Below, in pieces: positions 19,595 through 27,008 of a stretch of 34,636 nucleotides of DNA (within the stretch, counting starts at the first letter, position 1; each line of letters starts with the position of its first letter). The notes under the pieces are model-generated. The model worked only from the letters and a program-made list of their open reading frames with translations, ran no database searches and was not told the origin of the DNA. This DNA is from a virus (taxonomy: Duplodnaviria; Caudoviricetes), in the IMG/VR virus record IMGVR_UViG_3300040971_000117, positions 1 through 34,636 of that record; one strand, given 5' to 3'. A program made the translations under genes and the position numbers.

Positions 19595-20005
19595 CTACCC
19601 GTTAAGTAGTTTGTTCTCAATGCGTTCGATAACCTGCTTTGAGAGCGCGTTGTAGATGATAGTGGCGCTGCCGGTCATGGCCAGGGCATACGGACCCATC
19701 TCGGCGAATAAAACGGCCAGTTGTTGTGTATAAGCTGCCGGGTCGCCAGTCCAAACCGGGAAACCGGCTGCCGGTGGGTTGGCTGCCAGTGCAATGGCAA
19801 AAGCCGCTGCATAAACCAGCATGGTCACCCAGCCGCGCCCCACAGGCTTGCCCTGGGCCTTGTAGACCAGGTTGATCATGGCCACGATCACCACTGCCAC
19901 GATGCTGATCAGCGCCGCGTTTGGGTCGCTGACCGTCAGCACCCCGGTCGCTGTAAGAATCAGTGCAATTTGTTTCCAATCAAACTTCTTCAAAAACTTA
20001 GCCAT
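19595..20005 (-). CDS. Multi-TM holin-like protein
   Basis: Start at MAKFLKK (20005) after a GGAGG RBS; about 4 hydrophobic segments; first gene of the late operon. Confidence 0.6.
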   Translation of the reverse strand: MAKFLKKFDWKQIALILTATGVLTVSDPNAALISIVAVVIVAMINLVYKAQGKPVGRGWVTMLVYAAAFAIALAANPPAAGFPVWTGDPAAYTQQLAVLFAEMGPYALAMTGSATIIYNALSKQVIERIENKLLNG

Positions 20006-20029
20006 CACTACCTCCATTTGACTTAAACG

Positions 20030-20057
20030 AAAAACCCGGCACCAAATCGGTGCCGGG
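20030..20057 (-). terminator. Intrinsic terminator in the late leader
   Basis: CCCGGCACC-GATTT-GGTGCCGGG followed by TTTTTCGTTT on the minus strand. Confidence 0.75.
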
Positions 20058-20120
20058 CGCTCAACCTCCGGGCGGTGGCCAATGCTCTTCAATCGGCCTG
20101 CTCAATTACTTACAAATTAA

Positions 20121-20148
20121 ATTTTAACAGCATTCGTGAAAAAGTCAA
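20121..20148 (-). promoter_or_regulatory. Sigma70-type late promoter
   Basis: TTGACT-16nt-TAAAAT with extended -10 TG and a very AT-rich upstream region. Confidence 0.7.
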
Positions 20149-20239
20149 TACTTTATATATTTATTTTAATTATAATAAGAATATAAAATATTGACATTGC
20201 AACGCTTCTGGTAGAACGGCACGCAATAGACCGATTTTG

Positions 20240-20426
20240 GTGGCCTAAAATAGATCAAGTGGCCTAAATTCCCAGGGTGGCCTAAAATCGAAGATTTGCG
20301 AAAAGACTTAAGCCCGTCCCATTTTTCGCCTGCGAAAAACCCTTTTTTGGCATCTTTTTGGGGTTTTTCGCAATATTTTGCCATTTTTCGCAGAACCGAA
20401 TCGGGGGTTTTCGCAGGCGGCGAAAA
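20240..20426. repeat. Two repeat sets upstream of the late promoter
   Basis: GTGGCCTAAA at 20240, 20259 and 20277; TTTTCGC/GCGAAAA seven times between 20297 and 20426. Confidence 0.85.
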
Positions 20427-20459
20427 TATAAAAGAGACCTGCTTTGATGGCAGGTCTCT
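20423..20459 (-). terminator. Intrinsic terminator ending the early/middle operon
   Basis: AGAGACCTGC-7nt-GCAGGTCTCT followed by TTTATATTTT on the minus strand, just after the DUF5131 stop. Confidence 0.8.
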
Positions 20460-20480
20460 GATTTTCTAACAGTTTTTTTC

Positions 20481-21461
20481 TTAGCCATTTGGCACTTCCC
20501 GCCATTCCTGCCCATCCAATTGATGACCGGACTTTCCCCTACCAACCCGCGCCATAAACCAGGGATTGGTGTTCGGTGTAGGTTGGTACCCACACCAGAA
20601 TTCTTCACCTCGCTGGCCAGACTCAGAGAAAACAGTGCCATCGTTGCCAAGGCACATTTCGCGATACTGGCTGTACCGGTCGAGCTCGAACACCAGGTCA
20701 TCATCGCCATACTGCTGAGCAACTGGCATCCACTCGCCCCACTGCTTGAAGAAAAACGGGATCTCATACGTGTGACAAAAATCCCGCGCTTGGCGCGCCC
20801 AATCAGGGTGCATCGGCCTGGCCCCGTGCCCGCTCTCCCCACCACAGATCAGCCAGTCCAGCACTGCCCAGGCCTGCCAGTTTACCGGCCCTAGGGCAGG
20901 CTCATAACTAACCATTGTTCGCCAACCGCGCCCCGCAAGGTTCAGCATTGGCACAAGCCGCTCATCGGCCCGTTTTTGGTTCTCAATGCTTGTCCCCAGG
21001 ATCACATTTGGCAGCACATGGCTTCCGGCCACAAAAGCCAGCATATTCTCCGGGCGCTTGGTCAGGATCACGAAATCAATATCGCGGCGCCACTCCATAA
21101 CCCCAAAAGTGCGCTTCTGGTGTTCAACATCCACCCATCCGCCGAAGAGATCGGTCATATCATTTATAAACAGAATCGGCCTTGTCCGCCCGTTCTTGAA
21201 CGGTCCTTTGACCTTGAAAGTCTCCAGCCGCTTTTCTTCAGCCTCATCCCAGAACAGATCCACCTTGGCCAGGTTGGGCAACGTGTAAGCCAAACCTGTG
21301 CCTAGTCTCACGTTAAACGTGCTGGCCCAGCAGTTCGCGCAGCCTTCCGAATGTTTTACACAGGCATACCCGCGCCGCACCTTCTCGCCGTCCAAGAAGT
21401 TCGCCTTCAGCGGATTGCTGACATAATCAGCCCACTCGATCTTTGTTTTGGTTGCCATCAC
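20481..21461 (-). CDS. DUF5131 (phage gp37/gp68 family) radical-SAM-like protein
   Basis: TKIEWAD, CVKHSEGCANCWA, DMTDLF, LTKRPE, SYEPALG, WLICGGESGHGARPMHPDWAR and PFFFKQWG motifs. Confidence 0.93.
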   Translation of the reverse strand: MMATKTKIEWADYVSNPLKANFLDGEKVRRGYACVKHSEGCANCWASTFNVRLGTGLAYTLPNLAKVDLFWDEAEEKRLETFKVKGPFKNGRTRPILFINDMTDLFGGWVDVEHQKRTFGVMEWRRDIDFVILTKRPENMLAFVAGSHVLPNVILGTSIENQKRADERLVPMLNLAGRGWRTMVSYEPALGPVNWQAWAVLDWLICGGESGHGARPMHPDWARQARDFCHTYEIPFFFKQWGEWMPVAQQYGDDDLVFELDRYSQYREMCLGNDGTVFSESGQRGEEFWCGYQPTPNTNPWFMARVGRGKSGHQLDGQEWREVPNG

Positions 21462-22060
21462 TTACCTACTTTCTGAAATTCGATCACCCATACCCACGGG
21501 TTTACATCCCAACCAAACCCGCGCTTGGCATTGATCTTGTCCCATAATTGGCCGAATGGAGTTCGGTAATCTTCCAAGCGAGAATTACCCAGCCAGCCAA
21601 TAGAATAAACACCTTCAGCACGCGCATCATCATTGGTTATTTGCCGTAATCGCTCCACACGCACACCAGTCACCTGAAGCGTGATCCTGCTGGCAATCCT
21701 GAACATGTGTATGGATGGTTTCCAAATCAGCGGAATGGTTTCGCCGGTAGGAAAATCAATAACAGAATCAGCTATCGGGTTTTGATAATCCGCTCGGTAT
21801 ACAAAACCGTTTGGAGCTTTTGCCCACGTCTCGCGCACCCAAAGCCGGTCGCCAATCTTTCCATATGGGCATTTAGCTACTTTTCCATCATCGTTCCACA
21901 AACCACGGCTCTGCCAATAGTGTGTAAACCATACACCTGCAAGGTGTTCAAGTTTCTTCTCTGGCTGTGGCTTTACAACCCGCCTCGTCTGGCTTTTTCG
22001 CCCATCCAAAATAGCCCACACCATCTCACCACTGAACAAAATCGGTCGCTCTTTCATCAT
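21458..22060 (-). CDS. ASCH/PUA-like phage protein
   Basis: MKERPILFS..MV.AILDGRKSQTRR, CPYG..GDRLWVRE, WKPSIHM and NPWVWVIEF motifs. Confidence 0.9.
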   Translation of the reverse strand: MMKERPILFSGEMVWAILDGRKSQTRRVVKPQPEKKLEHLAGVWFTHYWQSRGLWNDDGKVAKCPYGKIGDRLWVRETWAKAPNGFVYRADYQNPIADSVIDFPTGETIPLIWKPSIHMFRIASRITLQVTGVRVERLRQITNDDARAEGVYSIGWLGNSRLEDYRTPFGQLWDKINAKRGFGWDVNPWVWVIEFQKVGK

Positions 22061-22066
22061 TACCTC

Positions 22067-22321
22067 CTATTCAAATACAGCCAGGGCGCGCTTTTGCCCT
22101 TGCGCCGATTGATTCCACTCGATAGCATCCCCGCAAATCGAACAGCGGATGCCGGTGGCGCGCCCTACGATCACGGCCACCACATCGACCGCTTCAGGGA
22201 TATCCTCCCCGTAATCAATGGCCTGCCGAAATAGCTCCAGTATTTCAACATGGCTGCCGTTCTGCCGTATCTGACCCAGGATATGTTTGTTCGAGCAGCG
22301 TTTGAAACCAATCGTGTTCAT
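22067..22321 (-). CDS. Small putative Zn-ribbon protein
   Basis: CxxxH and CSIC pairs; ATGA-coupled start at 22321. Confidence 0.55.
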   Translation of the reverse strand: MNTIGFKRCSNKHILGQIRQNGSHVEILELFRQAIDYGEDIPEAVDVVAVIVGRATGIRCSICGDAIEWNQSAQGQKRALAVFE

Positions 22322-22830
22322 GATCGAACCTCGCTTCCTGTAACAATTACGCAAGCTTTTGGCATCCAGGTCGCATTACGAATGCTGATCTTTTGGCCAT
22401 CGCAACAACCGCTCAAAACCATCTCGATAGGGGCCTTGACCGATACCGGCAGCACGGCCAGCAGTGGTGGGCAGTCAAACGTGCCCCAATAAAGATCCGC
22501 AGCATTTTGGATCAACTGGCTGATCCGGCTCTTATCTGTTCTGCGCCAGAAACAACCCGGCACCAGGCTTTCAAACTTTCCATCCCATTCATGCGGTTGA
22601 ACATTGATGAGGTCACGATATGGGTAATAGATATCGATGTAATGGCGGGTGATCGTTTTGCCTTCAGAATATTCACCACTATCCAGAACCCAATCCCTGC
22701 AATGCTGTGGAACAACCTTCTCGATCACAATATCCACATCCACCGGTGCGCCAACCCGCATCACCTTCAGACGGTTCAGGCCGCTCCAATAATCGAAACT
22801 GCTTTCCAGAACTTCGAAATCATCGCTCAT
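22318..22830 (-). CDS. Hypothetical phage protein
   Basis: ATGA-coupled start MSDDFEV at 22830. Confidence 0.6.
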   Translation of the reverse strand: MSDDFEVLESSFDYWSGLNRLKVMRVGAPVDVDIVIEKVVPQHCRDWVLDSGEYSEGKTITRHYIDIYYPYRDLINVQPHEWDGKFESLVPGCFWRRTDKSRISQLIQNAADLYWGTFDCPPLLAVLPVSVKAPIEMVLSGCCDGQKISIRNATWMPKACVIVTGSEVRS

Positions 22831-23084
22831 AATTCCGCCTTTTCCACATCTACCAGGACCGGGAAAGATGCCGGCAGCTTGCCATTCCAACAATGCTGAA
22901 GAATGCTCATGGCCAGCTCACGCGCGGAAACTTTACCCATCGGCACATTTCGCTTTCCACGATGTTTTATAAAACCGCTCAGAATGCTTTCGGTCAGACC
23001 ATCTACAAAAAGCTGGCCTTCTTCATTGAGCTCTTCGTAAAGAATTTCACGTTTATCAGTAATGCTCCAAACGCCGCTTTTCAT
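22827..23084 (-). CDS. Hypothetical phage protein
   Basis: Coupled to both neighbours; GGAG RBS. Confidence 0.6.
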   Translation of the reverse strand: MKSGVWSITDKREILYEELNEEGQLFVDGLTESILSGFIKHRGKRNVPMGKVSARELAMSILQHCWNGKLPASFPVLVDVEKAEL

Positions 23085-23947
23085 AATTGATCTCCATAAA
23101 GTTTCTTTGCATTCATCAGCCAGTTGCCGCCTGTTTTGGGCGGTACGCCGTAAGTTTCACAAACTTGCTCAGCGCTCTCGAAAGTTGACACAACTTTCTT
23201 CTCACTTTCAGGAAGTTTCCGCCAGTCGTGCCACTTTCCGAAAGTTTCAGGAACTTTCGCGGCAGGCTCAGAAACTTTCGGGTAACTTTCTTCCAGTTTT
23301 TTGGAACTTTCTGAAAGTTTCCTTGATTTTTCTTCCAATTTTTTCAGCTTAATTTGCTGATCCATGCGTAACTTTTCTTCCTGAATTCTTTGCTCAAAAT
23401 CAAGTTGTTGCTGCTCGCGCTCGATCTGCAAATTCCAGACACGTTCACGTTCTTCTTCGTCAAGCCGTTTTTGTTCTTTTTGAGCTTCAAAAGTCTCTGC
23501 CACAGCCTGTGCAATCGCTTGGCGTTTCTTGGTCAGTTGGTTGCGCAGGGCCACCATCAACCCGCCCAACAAGCCAAAGGAAGACATCAAACCCATAGTC
23601 ACCTTTTGCGTAATATTGCCGTCATCCAGGATCGCATTCACAGAAACCACTACAACCAGGTAAACCACCGCCCCGCCCAGACTTACCCAGAACTGCGCAG
23701 GCATTCCGGGCTTTGGCTCTTGGTTTCGCAGGGCCGCCTTGATATCTTCCTGGTGCGCTTCCCAGATGTCGAGCGTCGTGGTGATCGTTACAAACCCGAT
23801 TCCCTCCACTACCACGCCGATCAGCCCGGCTTCAACCAGTCCAAACTGGGGCAGGTTCTTTTGCACGTTGCGGAAAGTCATCACCGCAGGCACCAACCCG
23901 CCCGCCCAGGGCATCGTTCCAGCGACTAAATCAACATAATTTGGCAT
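23081..23947 (-). CDS. Membrane protein: 3-4 TM, coiled coil, C-terminal HTH (Spd/DUF2637-like architecture)
   Basis: Hydrophobic helices in the N-terminal half, E/Q/K-rich coil, SAEQVCETYGVPPKTGGNW HTH-like end. Confidence 0.7.
   Translation of the reverse strand: MPNYVDLVAGTMPWAGGLVPAVMTFRNVQKNLPQFGLVEAGLIGVVVEGIGFVTITTTLDIWEAHQEDIKAALRNQEPKPGMPAQFWVSLGGAVVYLVVVVSVNAILDDGNITQKVTMGLMSSFGLLGGLMVALRNQLTKKRQAIAQAVAETFEAQKEQKRLDEEERERVWNLQIEREQQQLDFEQRIQEEKLRMDQQIKLKKLEEKSRKLSESSKKLEESYPKVSEPAAKVPETFGKWHDWRKLPESEKKVVSTFESAEQVCETYGVPPKTGGNWLMNAKKLYGDQL
23180..23319. repeat. Intragenic AACTTTC/GAAAGTT array in both orientations
   Basis: Exact copies at 23180, 23192, 23240, 23252, 23273, 23284, 23305 and 23313, plus variants. 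Confidence 0.85.
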
Positions 23948-25303
23948 CTATGCCTCCATATCCTGCTGAAAACCGTCCGAACCGCCCAGGGCGTCCGAAC
24001 CCGTCCGAACCGCGTCCGAACCGCCTGAATCCGTCCGAACCGCGTCCGAACCGCTCAGATCAGCCAGGCAAAGCGCATTGTCACGGTCCGGGCGCACAAC
24101 TGCCAATCCTCGAAAATGCCAATCCTCGCGTATTCGCCTCGCAGACCGCTCAGGCATTCCATAAGCCTGCAATGCAGTAATGGTCATCTTCCCGTCATAG
24201 TTCGCTCGCAGATAATCTGCGAGGCGTTGCTCGGCTTCGGTCAATCCATTCGCGCTTCCAGAAGCGATCAATCCTTTCGGTACAAAATAAACCTGCATTG
24301 TTCCCCACCGGTTAGACATTACCCGCCCCTGATGATCCAGCAATTCAGCTCCGGACCGGCCCAGGATCATCCTGGATGTTTGCGCATTCGCCACGCGAAA
24401 ACAGATCCGCGTCATCATCTGTTCGCGCACTGGCCCCACAATATCCTTGCTAAAATCTTGCCCGGCCAGCACGATCCAGATCCCGAATTTTGCCGCACCC
24501 CAAACCAGCCTGGTGGCAGCTTTGGCAAACGATCCATTCGCGCCACCCAGACTCATCACTGTGCCGTTGAACTCGTCCAGGACAACAAGCACTGGTTTCA
24601 GTTTGGTTTCTGCCGTCTCGTTATATTCATCCAGCGTATCCGGAGAACCTTCAACCTGGTCAAACATCCGTGACCGTTCATTGACCAGCTCCTGCAGTTG
24701 TCCCAGGGCATGATTGCACTGGTCAAGCGTGCGCGCCACTGGGAAGACCAGTGCTGGGTCGCCTGCAAACTTGCCGAATGTGCGCCCGTCTGGGTCGCAT
24801 AGAGCCAATTGCCAGCTCTCAGCCCGGGCCTGTTCAACCATCAGGCGCAGGAAGTTGCTTTTTCCGTAGCGAGTGATACCAGCCACTAGGGTATGCCCGA
24901 TCTCATTCCATGGCATTTCTACAACCTGACCGCGGCCATTGACGCCCAGCTGCAAAACGCCTTTTTTCCAGCCCCCGAAGCTGACCATGTCGGGCCATTT
25001 TGGCTTTTCGCTCAGCAGGATGCCGTAGCGCAAGCCAGTGTGGTTCGAAAGGATGACAGGCATCCCGCGCAGGCTCGATGACAAGCGGTGCGCAACCGCT
25101 TCATACGGTTCGAACCGTGGCATTCGCTGGTCATCCAGCACCGCAAACAACCAGATCGATCCCCGGCTGGTGCGTGTCATCACCCACCGGCTGACCATCG
25201 TCGCATCCGTTCCGTGATTGGAGTTCAGGACCGTCTTCACGATCTTCAAAACGTGCATCGCCTTGTCTTCGTAGTGCTTTTTCCAATCCAGTTGAATCTG
25301 CAT
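23948..25303 (-). CDS. FtsK/SpoIIIE/TraB-family ATPase with C-terminal winged helix
   Basis: HTLVAGITRYGKS Walker A, CDPDG, ERSRMF, VLVVLDEF Walker B, GIWIVLAGQ, RICFRV, GAELL and GR motifs; wHTH-like tail. Confidence 0.92.
   Translation of the reverse strand: MQIQLDWKKHYEDKAMHVLKIVKTVLNSNHGTDATMVSRWVMTRTSRGSIWLFAVLDDQRMPRFEPYEAVAHRLSSSLRGMPVILSNHTGLRYGILLSEKPKWPDMVSFGGWKKGVLQLGVNGRGQVVEMPWNEIGHTLVAGITRYGKSNFLRLMVEQARAESWQLALCDPDGRTFGKFAGDPALVFPVARTLDQCNHALGQLQELVNERSRMFDQVEGSPDTLDEYNETAETKLKPVLVVLDEFNGTVMSLGGANGSFAKAATRLVWGAAKFGIWIVLAGQDFSKDIVGPVREQMMTRICFRVANAQTSRMILGRSGAELLDHQGRVMSNRWGTMQVYFVPKGLIASGSANGLTEAEQRLADYLRANYDGKMTITALQAYGMPERSARRIREDWHFRGLAVVRPDRDNALCLADLSGSDAVRTDSGGSDAVRTGSDALGGSDGFQQDMEA
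23974..24052. repeat. Six direct repeats of CGTCCGAACC at the 3' end of the FtsK-like gene
   Basis: Copies at 23974, 23992, 24002, 24013, 24032 and 24043. Confidence 0.95.
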
Positions 25304-25305
25304 GG

Positions 25306-26262
25306 TTACACCTGCCCTTCTACGTCATCCACCCAACCCTGAATGACCTGCTCGTCCACAACCTCGATTTGCGACTGATCCTGACCGCCATCAAAACTAC
25401 TGGCAATATCCAGCGCCTGGCGCTGATAGCCTGGTGGAAGTTGACCAATCGCCTGCACTGCCTGCGAACGCCGTGTAACATCGGTCTGATCGGGATCTTT
25501 CACGATCGCGCCATCTACTTCGAGCAGTGGTGCAGGCATCAGGTCCGGACGAAATACCCGCATCAGATCTGTAAAAATCAAAACTGGCAAATTTCCGTTT
25601 TCATCTGGTGCCACAATTCCGATCTTGGATTTCTTCCACATGTAATAGATGCCTGCGCCCAAAGCAGAGAAGATCAGGATGAGTGGAGCTGCTGCCCAAA
25701 AATCATTGGTGTTGCGCTCTCGGGTAGCTGACAGCTCCGCCGATTCTGCCTGCGCAGATACCGCAGTCCATTTTGCTTCCAGAAACGGAGCAGATGCTGT
25801 TTCAGTGGCCGCAATCTCAGTGCCTCGCGCCTGCACTGTGGCCGTGCCGTTCATATAAGCGATCTGGGTGCTAGTGCCTGCCGCCGCGGCTGTGCTGGTC
25901 GCCTGATCATTCCCAGCCTTGGCTGTGGCTGTGCCCTGCACCTGAGCAGCCTGCGCGGTCGATGTGCCCTGAGCCTCGCCAGCGGCAACCGTCACGCGCC
26001 AAACTGTTCTTGTTTCGCCCGCAGCCAATTCTGTGGCCGTAGCGCCGGTGATCAACGCCGTGGCCGTCTGCCCGGCCTGGAACATGATCAGCATCTGGTC
26101 AGCCGCCCGTTCTGTGGCGCGCGCTTCTACCTCGCCCTGCAAAATCTGCATTAGCACAGCATCATCTGATGTGGGCGTAGGTGTTATGGTCGGAATCGGG
26201 TCCGTATAGGAGCAAGCGGTCAAGACCAACATTATCAATAGGGTTGCAATCGTCTTTTTCAT
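25306..26262 (-). CDS. Lipoprotein with Ala/Thr-rich stalk and a second TM segment
   Basis: MKK-hydrophobic-LTAC lipobox; TPTPT and ATATA-like tracts; TM FWAAAPLILIFSALGAGIYYMW. Confidence 0.75.
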   Translation of the reverse strand: MKKTIATLLIMLVLTACSYTDPIPTITPTPTSDDAVLMQILQGEVEARATERAADQMLIMFQAGQTATALITGATATELAAGETRTVWRVTVAAGEAQGTSTAQAAQVQGTATAKAGNDQATSTAAAAGTSTQIAYMNGTATVQARGTEIAATETASAPFLEAKWTAVSAQAESAELSATRERNTNDFWAAAPLILIFSALGAGIYYMWKKSKIGIVAPDENGNLPVLIFTDLMRVFRPDLMPAPLLEVDGAIVKDPDQTDVTRRSQAVQAIGQLPPGYQRQALDIASSFDGGQDQSQIEVVDEQVIQGWVDDVEGQV

Positions 26263-26265
26263 GGT

Positions 26266-26700
26266 TTATTTCCAAATCCGCGGTTGATCCGCATTCTTTT
26301 GTGGAGGTCGCACAACCCGCACATCGTTCTTACCGTTTTGCATCATCATAAATTTCAGAATGTCATTTGTTGTTAAGCCGCGTTCGCGTGGTTCTTTTGG
26401 TTGCCACTGTGCATTTGGGCCAGATCTCCATGCGCGCTTGTTGAACCGCATCTTCGAGCGGAGGAAGGCAACCGCCAGACCAGCCACACCCACGATCACC
26501 ACGCCGATCGCAGTCTTCAGCAGCCACCCCCCCAGCTGACCGGCCAAGGCCTCGACGAATGGCATTTGCGCAGCGGCAGTGCTGGCCTGCACCTGGGCCG
26601 TGGCCATCTCAACTTGTTGAGCCTGCAGCACCGACATCGCAATGCCCAGCGCTACCAAAATCATGATCAAGATCAATCCGTTTCCCATTCCAGTTTTCAT
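26266..26700 (-). CDS. Two-TM membrane protein
   Basis: Two hydrophobic segments and a basic C-terminal tail; GAGGA RBS. Confidence 0.7.
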   Translation of the reverse strand: MKTGMGNGLILIMILVALGIAMSVLQAQQVEMATAQVQASTAAAQMPFVEALAGQLGGWLLKTAIGVVIVGVAGLAVAFLRSKMRFNKRAWRSGPNAQWQPKEPRERGLTTNDILKFMMMQNGKNDVRVVRPPQKNADQPRIWK

Positions 26701-26717
26701 ATTTCCTCATTTTCCTG

Positions 26718-27008
26718 AGTGAAGGTTAACCTTCACTAGTGAAGGTTGCAGGTTTTTCAACCTTCACTATATGGTTTGCGCCTTCTTATTTTTTGCTACA
26801 CACACACTACTTACAGGATAGGTACATTCACAACCTTCACTTTTGGCCGTTTTTGGCTGTTTTTGGGCTCTTTTTTCCTGTCTTTTGCCATGTTTTGGGC
26901 TGGTGAAGATCTCCAGTGAAAGAGTGAAGGTTGAATCACCCCGCAAGCGGGATGAAAAATATTTTTTAATTACCGGTTTCTGGGTCATTAGACTTTCACT
27001 CCTTCACT
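26718..27008. repeat. Iteron-like array, putative replication origin
   Basis: AGTGAAGGTT or its reverse complement at 26718, 26728, 26738, 26759, 26832 and 26923, plus partial copies, flanking T-rich tracts, right after the helicase gene. Confidence 0.8.

Noticed and set aside
20191-20217. Plus-strand promoter TTGACA...TAGAAC
   Set aside because: Only a 15-nt spacer, a weak -10 and no downstream gene
20166-20505. Short minus-strand ORFs in the late control region (likewise 26767-26988)
   Set aside because: They are translations of repeat-rich regulatory DNA with Lys-rich bias from A-tracts
23974-24052. CRISPR array or mini-array
   Set aside because: Repeats are 10 bp with 0-9 nt gaps, have no spacer-sized unique sequences and there are no cas genes
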